DNA of 35,695 bases from Candidatus Acidiferrum sp. (GCA_035314845.1 DATFYV010000269.1:1-35695); one strand, 5' to 3'. Shown: positions 19,107 to 28,665, counted from the stretch's first letter. Notes: generated from the sequence alone by a model not told the origin. Program-made: numbers and translations.

Positions 19107-19635
19107 CAAGTTTCTCCTCTCAGATTTTCACTGCTGGATTGCGTACTTCTCTCTCGATCGGGCCGGAGTTTGCACACCTCGTGTACGGGCGCCGCCGGCC
19201 TAAGCCGGCATTGCTGGTGGGGTGAACAGGGGACACGGTCCATTTTTTGCTTCTGTTGGTTGCCGCTCTACACTTTGGGTTTGGTTTAAGGAACGGTCCC
19301 ATTGGAAATATGGGAAGCCGTTACGTCCCTTTACAAGTGCTCCGGCGACATGTAATCGAGCGGATGCAATCTAAAGAAAACCTGTAGGGTGAGTGCACAG
19401 TACCAGTCGTTTGTTACAGGACGATGAGAATGCATTCAATCGGAGTTAAAACATTTCGTGGAACTACAATGGGCGGATTTGCCTGTGGAAATTTTGTTAA
19501 ACGACAAACATTGCGACCTGACACCTATTGTTTGTCCGCGTTGCGTGCAGCACTGCCCATTTGACGCGACTGTAATCGCGAACTCATTCGGTTGTAACAC
19601 ACGCGCTGTCAATATGCCCTACTTTTCCGAAAGGT

Positions 19636-22600
19636 ATGGTTCTCAAATTGTTGCGAGCTTATGTGTGTGTGGTGGTGTTGCTTTTGTGTTTTTCCGGACC
19701 GGCGCGGGCGCAGACTCCCACCACCATCGCGGGCACGGTACAAGATTCCAGCGGCGGTGCCGTGGTCGGCGTAGCCATAAACCTTCTTGATGACAAAGGC
19801 GCGATCTCCCAGACGGCGGTCACCGACGATCAAGGCGCCTACCTTTTTGCGGGCCTCACCCCCGGCACGTATACCATTTCCGTCAGCGTCCAAGGTTTCA
19901 AGGATTTGAAAGTACCAGGCCTGGTGTTGGCTGCCGGGCAGAGCCTGCGGCAAGACCTGGCGCTAGTGGCTGCCGAGGTGGTCACATCCACCACTGTCGA
20001 GGGGCAGGTTGGCGCGGCGGTGGAAACCGAGCAATCGCAGATCGCCGGAACCATTACCCAAAAGGAGTTGGTAAACCTTGGTCTGAATGGCCGCAACTTC
20101 ACGCAATTGATCGCCCTGGCCCCCGGCGTCACTAACCAGACCGGTCAGGATGAAGCCAAAGTCGGAGTGCAGGGCAGCGTGAAGTACAGCGTCAACGGCG
20201 GGCGCGTGGAGTACAACAATTTCGAAGTAGACGGCGTCGACGTTCTGAACGCAGGCATTAACGGTTCGCAGAGCACGCTGATTGTTTATCCCTCCCTCGA
20301 CGCCCTCGGCGAAGTGCAGGTCTTGACCTCCAACTACGGCGCGCAATACGGGAAGACCGCTTCCGGCACCATTCTAGCCAGCGTGAAGACCGGCACGCCG
20401 CAATTTCACGGCGATCTTTATTATTTCAACCGCAACGAAATTTTCAACGCGCGAAACTTTTTCGACGAAACTTCGCATGCGCCGCTATACCGTAAAAACG
20501 ATATCGGCGCCACGCTCGGCGGTCCGCTGCGCATCCCCTGGTTAATGCCGGCCAGCAGCGACCCAAAGACCTTCTTTTTCATTTCCGAGGAAGGGCGTCT
20601 GGAAAAAGACCCCACCGGTTTCACCTACAACCGCGGGGTTCCTTCGCTGGCGGAGCGGCAAGGCAATTTTAACGACGTCTGCCCCAAGTCTTTGAGCCCC
20701 GCGGAATTTGCGCGGAGCGCGTATCCGGATTGCCCGTCCACGGGAATTAATCAGATCAACCCCGCCACGGGTGGCCCGCTGTTCGCCACCTATGCACAGA
20801 ACAACGTGCCCATCGATCCTGTGGCCCAGGCCATTCTGGACGCCGGACTGATCCCCCTGGCCAACTCCACCAGCGGCTGCAACACTCCCACCCACTCTTG
20901 TTTCAACGCCACGGTCTCCCCGCAGACAACCTGGCATCAGGATTTGATTCGCTTGGACCATGACTTCACCAAAAACACGCGTCTCAGCTTGAATTATATT
21001 CACGACAGTTGGGATACCACCGTGGCCATCCCCCAGTGGGCGTACCTGGTCAACAGCTTTCCCACGGTGCAGAATGATTTTAAGGGCCCCGGGTTGGCGA
21101 CCGAGGCGCGCCTGACGCAGACGCTCTCCAGTACGCTTTTGAACCAGCTGATTTTCGGGTACACCACCGACCACATCACGTTGACGAATATCCCGGGCTA
21201 CAACGGAAGTTCCATCGCACGCACCTCGCCAGCCTTTAGCAGCCAGGGCTACATTTTCAATAACGGCTTCGGCGGCAAAATTTCAGGAATTGCTGTTGGC
21301 GGCAACAATGCCGCGTACGGGGGAACCGGATTTAACGCCGACACTAGTTTCACGCCCTGGCACCATTCCAACCCGACCTATACGATTCGCGAAGAGATGA
21401 CCAAGGTTTGGAACAAGCACACCCTCCAGTTCGGGGCCCTCTTGCTGATTGCGCAACGCAACGAAGTCAACCCGCCCGTTGGCAGCGTGACCGGCGACGT
21501 CCAGGGCATTCTCGGTTACGACAATCTTAACAACAACGGCAGCAGCGGCAATGCCTTCGCCGATCTCCTGATTGGGCAGCACATCGCCAGCTTTCAGCAG
21601 GATAGCGCGCAGTTGAAATATTACCAGCGCTACAAAATCGCTGAGCCTTACCTGCAGGATGACTGGCACGTGACCCCGCGACTGACCCTCAACCTCGGCC
21701 TGCGCTTGAGTTTATTCAGCAACTATCGTGAAAAGAATAATAATGTTTACAACTTTGATCCCGCGAAGTTCAACGTGGCTCTGGCGGAGACCATGCATGT
21801 CGATCCACTTTTTGGATTCCTGATCGACAACGCTACGGGCTCGCCTATACATTACGATCTCAACAATTTGGATCCCCGGCTTACCAACGGTCTGGTGCAT
21901 TGCGGCTATAACGGCGTTCCTAGCAGTTGCATCAACAGCCATGTCTTTAATCCCGAGCCACGCATCGGGTTTGCATGGTCGCCCTTTAAGTCCGCGAAGA
22001 CCTCGATTCGCGGCGGCTACGGAATCTTTTACGAGCACGGTACCGGCGCCGAAGCGAACACGGGGTCCCTGGAAGGCAGCGCCCCGTTGGTCCTCAACGC
22101 CACGCAAATTTTTCCGGGAACCTATTCGGGGATCGGAAACAACGGTCCTCAGTTTACCAATCTGGCTTATCCCCTCAACGTAACTTCCATCCCCAAAAAT
22201 ACGCCTTTCGCATACGTCCAACAATGGAGCTTCGGGTTTCAACAGGAACTTCCCGGTCATTTCATCCTTGGCACCGCCTACGTGGGCAGCAAAGGCACGC
22301 ATCTGACGGCGCAACTGCAATTGAATCAGTTACAGCCCGTCCCCGCTTCCCTAAATCCCTTTGGTCCTCACGAACCCATCACTGCTTTTCATACCTGCCT
22401 GGGCTACGACCCTTCCAATCCAGGTCTTGGGAGTTTTGACGCCGTGGGCAGCGGCGGTGACAGTTTCCATATCAACGGCCTGCTCATCGGTCCGGGTGAC
22501 CCTGCCTACGTCAACCTCCTCGCCGCCTGTTCCGGCAGTAACCAAGCGTTTCCCGTTCAGACCTCCTTTCCCCTGCGTAGCAGCTTGACGGTCAACGCGC

Positions 22601-23520
22601 CCAATCTTGGCAATATTACCTCGCTGCAGAACATAGCCAACTCCAGCTACAACGCCCTGCAGGCCACTCTTCGTAAAGTTGCGGGACCTCTAACTCTCAG
22701 CGTCTCCTATACCTACAGCCATTCGCTGGACGACTCGTCGGACCGAACGGACGCCAGCCTGGTTAATTCCTACGATCTTGCTGCCAACCATGCCAGTTCG
22801 GATTTCGACGAGCGGCACGCCTTGGCCATCAGTTACATCTATCAACTGCCACTTCGGCGCCTGGCCACGATTCTCAATTCTTGGGCCGACAGCGATCCCA
22901 CCAACCAGGTGGCTTCAAAGTCTGGTCCGGGTAAATTTATCGATGGCTGGGAACTTTCTGGAGTGATTGTTCATCAATCCGGGACGCCGTTCAGCATCAT
23001 CAATGGCGCAAGTCCGAATGGAGCTTCGATCGCGGATAGCGCGGGCGCGATCAACAACATCAGCTTTGGCTCCTACGCCGACTACAATCCCAATGCCCCT
23101 ACGCCGATATCTGCCAATCAAATTACCAACAGTTTCGGCCCGCTGTTGGGTAATCCCAATGAATTCGTCGCGCCCCGCGGCCTGACCTTCGGCGACGTCG
23201 GGCGCAACTCCTTCAACAATCCAGCGCGCACCAATTTCGATACCTCGGTCTTCAAGACCGTCCGCATTGGCGAATCGCGCTCCCTGCAATTTCGCGCGGA
23301 GACGTTTAACACCTTTAATCACACGCAATTCCGCATCTTCGACCCCAACCGAGGAAACGTGAACAACACCATCTCGTGTTACGGCGGCCCAAACTACACC
23401 GCCGGCTGGACACCGACGGCGGCAGACGAGACGAATTGCCTTTCGGGCAGTTCGTTTCTGCACCCGGTCGATGCGCATCGTCCGCGCACCGTGCAGCTAG
23501 GCGTCAAGTTTTTGTTCTAG
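19636..23520 (+). CDS. TonB-dependent transporter-like outer-membrane barrel (Oar-like, N-terminal carboxypeptidase-regulatory-like domain)
   Basis: Signal peptide, IAGTVQDSSGGAV, LNGRNFTQLIALAPGV, YLQDDWHVTPRLTLNLGLR, PRIGFAWSP, IRGGYGIFY, LQFRAETFNTFNHTQF and a C-terminal QLGVKFLF. Confidence 0.92.
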   Translation: MVLKLLRAYVCVVVLLLCFSGPARAQTPTTIAGTVQDSSGGAVVGVAINLLDDKGAISQTAVTDDQGAYLFAGLTPGTYTISVSVQGFKDLKVPGLVLAAGQSLRQDLALVAAEVVTSTTVEGQVGAAVETEQSQIAGTITQKELVNLGLNGRNFTQLIALAPGVTNQTGQDEAKVGVQGSVKYSVNGGRVEYNNFEVDGVDVLNAGINGSQSTLIVYPSLDALGEVQVLTSNYGAQYGKTASGTILASVKTGTPQFHGDLYYFNRNEIFNARNFFDETSHAPLYRKNDIGATLGGPLRIPWLMPASSDPKTFFFISEEGRLEKDPTGFTYNRGVPSLAERQGNFNDVCPKSLSPAEFARSAYPDCPSTGINQINPATGGPLFATYAQNNVPIDPVAQAILDAGLIPLANSTSGCNTPTHSCFNATVSPQTTWHQDLIRLDHDFTKNTRLSLNYIHDSWDTTVAIPQWAYLVNSFPTVQNDFKGPGLATEARLTQTLSSTLLNQLIFGYTTDHITLTNIPGYNGSSIARTSPAFSSQGYIFNNGFGGKISGIAVGGNNAAYGGTGFNADTSFTPWHHSNPTYTIREEMTKVWNKHTLQFGALLLIAQRNEVNPPVGSVTGDVQGILGYDNLNNNGSSGNAFADLLIGQHIASFQQDSAQLKYYQRYKIAEPYLQDDWHVTPRLTLNLGLRLSLFSNYREKNNNVYNFDPAKFNVALAETMHVDPLFGFLIDNATGSPIHYDLNNLDPRLTNGLVHCGYNGVPSSCINSHVFNPEPRIGFAWSPFKSAKTSIRGGYGIFYEHGTGAEANTGSLEGSAPLVLNATQIFPGTYSGIGNNGPQFTNLAYPLNVTSIPKNTPFAYVQQWSFGFQQELPGHFILGTAYVGSKGTHLTAQLQLNQLQPVPASLNPFGPHEPITAFHTCLGYDPSNPGLGSFDAVGSGGDSFHINGLLIGPGDPAYVNLLAACSGSNQAFPVQTSFPLRSSLTVNAPNLGNITSLQNIANSSYNALQATLRKVAGPLTLSVSYTYSHSLDDSSDRTDASLVNSYDLAANHASSDFDERHALAISYIYQLPLRRLATILNSWADSDPTNQVASKSGPGKFIDGWELSGVIVHQSGTPFSIINGASPNGASIADSAGAINNISFGSYADYNPNAPTPISANQITNSFGPLLGNPNEFVAPRGLTFGDVGRNSFNNPARTNFDTSVFKTVRIGESRSLQFRAETFNTFNHTQFRIFDPNRGNVNNTISCYGGPNYTAGWTPTAADETNCLSGSSFLHPVDAHRPRTVQLGVKFLF

Positions 23521-23548
23521 GCGCGCGGGGGTGCCGCCGCCCGCGCGC
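23521..23548. other. GC-rich hairpin immediately after the TBDT stop (no U-tail; possible mRNA-stabilising stem)
   Basis: GCGCGCGGG ... CCCGCGCGC perfect 9-bp inverted repeat. Confidence 0.4.
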
Positions 23549-23711
23549 AGGGCAGTGCGGAGCGACTCCGAATAGACACATACTTTTAAGCTGCCAGTAA
23601 CAATCGCTGTTTGAGAGACGGATAGACTACCCGGACCCTAAATTGGGGCGCCCAGTCCAGGTCAGTCCGCCTCTTGGGAAAGAAAAGCTCATATTTTCTT
23701 GCGAACTATCC

Positions 23712-26700
23712 ATGCGAATGATCGATCGAATCCGTCACAGTCTTGTGCCTTGTCTTATCCTCTCGCTCCTGGTGTCCGCGTTTTCATGGACATGCGTCGC
23801 GCAAAGCTCGGCTGTCCAGCAGCAGTCTGGTGCTTCGTCGTCTAAGGCTTTTGTTACCCTCCAGGGCAACGTGCACCCGTTTGCGACGCTCAAGAACGAC
23901 TCTGGGCCGGCTCCCGATTCTCTCGCCATGAATCGAATGCTGTTGCTTCTTCAGCGCACTCCGGAGCAGGAATCCGCGTTGCAGAAATTGCTGCAGGACC
24001 AGCAGGATAAGAATTCGCCCTCGTATCACAAATGGCTCACGCCGGAGGAGTTCGGCCAGCAATTTGGTCCGCCGGACGATACCCTGAACCAGGTGAAAGC
24101 TTGGCTGGCTTTGCAGGGTTTTCAAGTCGCCCGTACCACTGCAGGCCGAAACATCCTGGAGATTTCCGGCACCGCGGGCCAAGTCAAATCCGCGTTCCAC
24201 ACGGAAATTCATAAGTACAAGGTTCAAGGCAACGAATACTTCGCCAACCAATCCGACCCGCAGATTCCCGCTGGTCTTGCTCCCGTACTAAAGGGCTTCG
24301 TCTCCCTCAATAATTTTCCCACGGCCTCGGAAATGCGTTATGCCCGGCTGGCCGCGACGTCTTCCATGGCGGGAAAATCCGGTCCTCAACCGTTGTTTAC
24401 CTACCCGCAGAGCGGTTGCTCCTCGGCAGGAAACTGTTATGGCGTGACGCCCGCTGATTTCGCCACTATTTATGATGTCGCGCCGCTCTACACCGCGGGC
24501 ATCGATGGCTCTGGGCAAACCATCGCTGTCGCCAGCGGCTCGAACATTCACCTCAGCGACGTGCAGAATTTTCGTACCCTCTTCGGGTTGCCGGCCAACA
24601 ACACGGTGATCACCGTTGCGGACGCGGATCCCGGCATTGTCGTCGGCGAAGAGATCGAGGCCAATTTTGCGGTGCAATGGGCTGGCGCCGTGGCCAAGAA
24701 TGCCACCATCCAACTGGTGGTTTCGCAAAGCACGTTCACCAGTCGCGGCGTCGATCTGGCTGCCGTATACGTCGTGGACAATAACCTCGCTCCTATCCTC
24801 ACGGAGAGCCTCAGCGAGTGCGAAGACGCCTTGGGCAGCTCGGGCACGGTGTTTTACAGCTCGCTCTGGGAACAAGCCGCCGCCGAAGGCATCACTGTGG
24901 TCATCCCCACCGGAGACACGGGCTCCGCCGCTTGCGACAACCCGATTACGGAATTCGCAGCCACCAAAGGTGTGGCCATTAGTGGCGTCGCGTCCACTCC
25001 GTTCAACGTGGCCGTCGGCGGAACGGATTTCAATCAAGTTGGCAATTGGTCTACCTACTGGGACAGCAGCAACGGCGCTAACGGCAGCTCGGCCATCTCG
25101 TACATTCCGGAAACCACCTGGAACGACACCTGCACGGAAAACGGGGTAAACGGCTGCGCATCCCCGTCCACCACGGGTTCCGATCTGTTCGCCGGCGGCG
25201 GTGGCTTTAGCAAATATAACCAGCAGCCTCCCTGGCAATTGGTGGGCTCCTTTCCGCTACAGGGCTCCCGTGGCATTCCCGACGTCTCGATGTTTGCCGG
25301 CGACGGCAACAACGGCAGCTTCTACATCATTTGCGAAGAGGACGGGCAAGCCGGCGGGCCGGGCTGCGATCTGAATGCGCCATACCTGGATTTTGTCAAT
25401 ATCGGCGGTACCACCGGCGCGGCTGCCACCTTTGCCGGCATCATGGCGCTGGTTAATCAACAGACCGGCTCGCGTCAGGGCAACGCAAATTTCGTCATTT
25501 ACGGTCTTGCCGCCGTTCCTGGTTCGAGCGTATTCCACGATGTAACCCTGGGATCCAATTCTGTCGCCTGCATTGGCGGCTCGCCCTACTGCAGCAACAC
25601 CAGTAGCGCCAAAGGCCAATACGGGTACCTCGGCGATGCCAACGACGCTTTCTGGTCGGCCTTCACGGGCTACGACGTCGCCACTGGCTGGGGCTCGGTG
25701 GACGCCAATGTTTTGGTCAACCAATGGTCCTCGATTAAGTTTCAGGCCACCACCACTACGCTGGCCAGCTTTTCGCCAACCACTTTGACGCACGGCCAGC
25801 CAGCCAATTTCACAATTAATGTGACCGCTAACGGCGGAGGCGGCACGCCAACCGGCGACGCCGCCCTCATCGTCAAGCCCTCCACCGGAAATTCCTTTGC
25901 CGCCGATTATTTCACCTTGCAGAATGGCACCATCTCCGGATCCACCACCTTTCTTCCCGGTGGCACCTATCAAATTTCCGCACATTATGCAGGGGACTCC
26001 ACTTTCGCGACCAGCGACTCCGCGCCCATCACCATCACCGTTGGGCCGCAAGCCAGCCAGATCGTTCTGGCCCTGGCCTTCACCAGTGGCGGTTCGCTGG
26101 TTTGCATCACCAACGACAACGGGCCGCCAAGCTACGACTATGGCAATCCCCTCTACGCCATTTACGGCATCGTGAACACTTCCGGTACTGCGTGCACAGG
26201 CGTCAATACCACCAATTCGCCCACGGGCACTGTCGCTCTCACCGACAATGGCGCTCCGCTGGATGCCGGAACTTACACCCTGAATACACGCGGTCATTTC
26301 CAGGACACCTCGGAATCGCTAACCCCCGGACAACACAATGTTTCCGCGCAGTACTCCGGCGATCCCAGTTACAGTGCCAGCACCACTACGGCACCCTTGA
26401 GCATCTCGGTCACGCAGGGTCAAACCACGATGACCTTGGCCTCCTCCGCCACGATTGTCCTTGCTGGCACCAACGTTACGCTCACGGCCACCGTAAATAC
26501 CTCGAGCGTGGCAGCCGCACCCTCCGGGACGATTTTCTTCAGCTCCCCCTCCGGCAATATCGGCACCGCGTCCCTTGTCCCCATGATGCTTCCGAGCGGC
26601 CGAATCGCAGGCGTCGCCACCCTCACCTATGCACCACAGAATACTGTCACGATTTCCGCGCACTACAATGGCGATACTAACTACGGCGGTTCGCAAGCCG

Positions 26701-27563
26701 CTCCGGTTACTATCACCAGCGGGAATCCGGACTTTACCTTCGTGGCTCCCAGCAACCCCCTGGTAGTCAACGCCGGTTCCTCAGGCTCGGCCACACTCAC
26801 TCTGACTTCCGTGCTGGGTTACACCGGTAGCGTGAGCTTCGCTTGTCCCGCCGCCGCATCCTTGCCGCCAGGCATTACCTGCTCCGTAAACCCGTCACCC
26901 GTAACCGTTCCGGGCGATGGAACTCCAGTGTCCACCACGCTGACCATCACCTCGCAGGCCCCGAGTGTCATCCCTAACACGCCCGCACAGTTGATCTACC
27001 ATCCCCGCGATCTGCGATTCCCGCGCGGCCCCCTGGCCGTTGTTGCCCTATATCTGGTGCTCTTATCCAGCGTCTTGCTCCTTGGCGTCTGGCAGTTTCG
27101 CGTATCGCAACTCCGCCGCAGGGTCCTGGTTTTTGCCACCTCCGCCGCCGTAGTCCTCTTCGCTGGCAGTTGCTCGTCTGTGAACCAACCGAGTAATTTC
27201 AATGCGGCCTCGACGCTCACGCTTAGTTCTTCCGGTTCGAAAGCTGCCCAAGGCACGCCCGTGGACCTGCGCGCTTTCGTTTCCGCAAACCACACGGTTA
27301 GCGGCACGGTGGACTTTTTTGACGCGGGCGCCCCACTCGCACAAGGCGTCGCTGTTGCCACCGGACGCGCCTCCTACACCACCAGCACCCTTGTGGTGGG
27401 CATTCACTCCATCACTGCCAAGTACTCCGGCGATTCGAGAACCAATCCGGCCAACACCGCGAATCCTTTCGCTCAGGCTATCACCGGCCAATTTTCATTC
27501 CAGGTCATGGCCACGGCCCCCGGTATTACTCATCCCGTGAACGTCACGGTCACCTTGCAGTAA
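23712..27563 (+). CDS. Sedolisin/kumamolisin (peptidase S53) homologue with pro-domain and multiple bacterial Ig-like repeats; catalytic triad degenerate
   Basis: Pro-domain SPSYHKWLTPEEFGQQFG. Catalytic-domain motifs GIDGSGQTIAV, TGDTGSAACD, AVGGTDF, RGIPDVS and GYDVATGWGS. Ig repeats with AHYAGD/AQYSGD/AHYNGD/AKYSGD. Start is ATG 23712 or 23718. Confidence 0.88.
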   Translation: MRMIDRIRHSLVPCLILSLLVSAFSWTCVAQSSAVQQQSGASSSKAFVTLQGNVHPFATLKNDSGPAPDSLAMNRMLLLLQRTPEQESALQKLLQDQQDKNSPSYHKWLTPEEFGQQFGPPDDTLNQVKAWLALQGFQVARTTAGRNILEISGTAGQVKSAFHTEIHKYKVQGNEYFANQSDPQIPAGLAPVLKGFVSLNNFPTASEMRYARLAATSSMAGKSGPQPLFTYPQSGCSSAGNCYGVTPADFATIYDVAPLYTAGIDGSGQTIAVASGSNIHLSDVQNFRTLFGLPANNTVITVADADPGIVVGEEIEANFAVQWAGAVAKNATIQLVVSQSTFTSRGVDLAAVYVVDNNLAPILTESLSECEDALGSSGTVFYSSLWEQAAAEGITVVIPTGDTGSAACDNPITEFAATKGVAISGVASTPFNVAVGGTDFNQVGNWSTYWDSSNGANGSSAISYIPETTWNDTCTENGVNGCASPSTTGSDLFAGGGGFSKYNQQPPWQLVGSFPLQGSRGIPDVSMFAGDGNNGSFYIICEEDGQAGGPGCDLNAPYLDFVNIGGTTGAAATFAGIMALVNQQTGSRQGNANFVIYGLAAVPGSSVFHDVTLGSNSVACIGGSPYCSNTSSAKGQYGYLGDANDAFWSAFTGYDVATGWGSVDANVLVNQWSSIKFQATTTTLASFSPTTLTHGQPANFTINVTANGGGGTPTGDAALIVKPSTGNSFAADYFTLQNGTISGSTTFLPGGTYQISAHYAGDSTFATSDSAPITITVGPQASQIVLALAFTSGGSLVCITNDNGPPSYDYGNPLYAIYGIVNTSGTACTGVNTTNSPTGTVALTDNGAPLDAGTYTLNTRGHFQDTSESLTPGQHNVSAQYSGDPSYSASTTTAPLSISVTQGQTTMTLASSATIVLAGTNVTLTATVNTSSVAAAPSGTIFFSSPSGNIGTASLVPMMLPSGRIAGVATLTYAPQNTVTISAHYNGDTNYGGSQAAPVTITSGNPDFTFVAPSNPLVVNAGSSGSATLTLTSVLGYTGSVSFACPAAASLPPGITCSVNPSPVTVPGDGTPVSTTLTITSQAPSVIPNTPAQLIYHPRDLRFPRGPLAVVALYLVLLSSVLLLGVWQFRVSQLRRRVLVFATSAAVVLFAGSCSSVNQPSNFNAASTLTLSSSGSKAAQGTPVDLRAFVSANHTVSGTVDFFDAGAPLAQGVAVATGRASYTTSTLVVGIHSITAKYSGDSRTNPANTANPFAQAITGQFSFQVMATAPGITHPVNVTVTLQ

Positions 27564-27777
27564 GGCTCTGCAACGCCTTAGCAGCGGACGCGCTCGCCTT
27601 AAGCCGCAAGCATCGGACATCGTGCCCTCCCCGCCTCGCTCGGTGCGTTGCCTGCTAGGCGCAGTGGCTCCCCCGAATATTTTACTGTACTGCATGCAAA
27701 CAAACGGTTTGACGCCAACCCTTCGCCACTCCACCATCACAGATGTAGGCGGATCTCACGTCCCCGGGAGGCCAAGT

Positions 27778-28017
27778 ATGTCCATCTCAGAAAAAGTCTT
27801 GGAAAGACTCTCCGAAACACTGGTAATCGGATTTGCAGTTTTCCTTGCGCTGGTGGTGCTTGATCGCATGTCCAACACCACCTACTTCCGGGACAACTGT
27901 TGGGCGCTCTTCGGTTTGAGTGTCCTGATCATCGCACCCATTCTCTCCGCTCTCTACCATCTCCTGCGCTGGGTCAACAGCCGTCCGCAACACAGCGCTG
28001 CGGCGGCAAAATCCTGA
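27778..28017 (+). CDS. Small two-TM hypothetical membrane protein (79 aa)
   Basis: RBS GGGAGG before ATG 27778. Two hydrophobic helices (LVIGFAVFLALVVL; WALFGLSVLIIAPILSALYHLL). Confidence 0.6.
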   Translation: MSISEKVLERLSETLVIGFAVFLALVVLDRMSNTTYFRDNCWALFGLSVLIIAPILSALYHLLRWVNSRPQHSAAAAKS

Positions 28018-28362
28018 GCCGCCTCCAGTCCTTGTAGAGTCCTTAGTGAGAAATAACGGCAACAGGAGGAACTACAGTGGATTGGCCGGGACGCGTCGGG
28101 TCACGCCGCCGACGCGCCCAAGTCGCCATGCGTTACCCTCTGGGGCGCGCATGACACCGGCATTGTTGGTCCGCGCTACCCTCGAAGCAAAGGGTATGTC
28201 GTGACTTTACGGGACAAACAATCGGACGACATGCACAGCCCGACGGCGCCCCATTAGCGCCTGGCGCCCACCAGGTGACATCGCTCACGGATTGCAGATC
28301 AACGGCTGCAATGGCCATTGCGTCGCCGATGGCCGCGGGGCACGTCGGCGTAGCTGCAACCT

Positions 28363-28665
28363 TCAGGCCAGAAGTTGCGCCATAAACTCACTCATTTTTC
28401 CCTCGATCGTGCCCTTGAAAAAGTACGCCATCGCCGGCAGCGCCAAGTCCACTGCGACATCAGACGGGTTGACGGTGATCGTGCCCGAAGCTTCATGGCC
28501 CATCGCGGATCCGCTGAGTGTGCCTACGTTCCCATTCCAACTCTCTTGCAGATCCTGCACCTTGCCGGAATTTTGCGCCTTGGCCTTGGCGATAGCGTCC
28601 TGAATTCGCTTGAGCGCCTCATCCTGCGTCAGCTTGTGCGGAATGGAGAATTTCAAATTTGGCAT
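28363..28665 (-). CDS. Polyhydroxyalkanoic-acid-system (PHA_gran_rgn) family small protein (100 aa)
   Basis: RBS GGAGG before ATG 28665. The pattern IPHKLTQDEALKRI...ESWNGN...GTITV...LP...FFKGTIE is typical of this family. Confidence 0.75.
   Translation of the reverse strand: MPNLKFSIPHKLTQDEALKRIQDAIAKAKAQNSGKVQDLQESWNGNVGTLSGSAMGHEASGTITVNPSDVAVDLALPAMAYFFKGTIEGKMSEFMAQLLA

Noticed and set aside
19475-19502. TTTTGTTAAAC resembling a XerD arm (dif site)
   Set aside because: There is no XerC-like arm at the 6-bp spacing.
19107-19635. Known riboswitch (c-di-GMP, cobalamin, TPP) in the divergent spacer
   Set aside because: No conserved core motifs were recognised by eye. Retained only as a structured leader.
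24288-27491. Several long - strand ORFs opposite the S53 gene
   Set aside because: Antisense shadows typical of GC-rich coding DNA.
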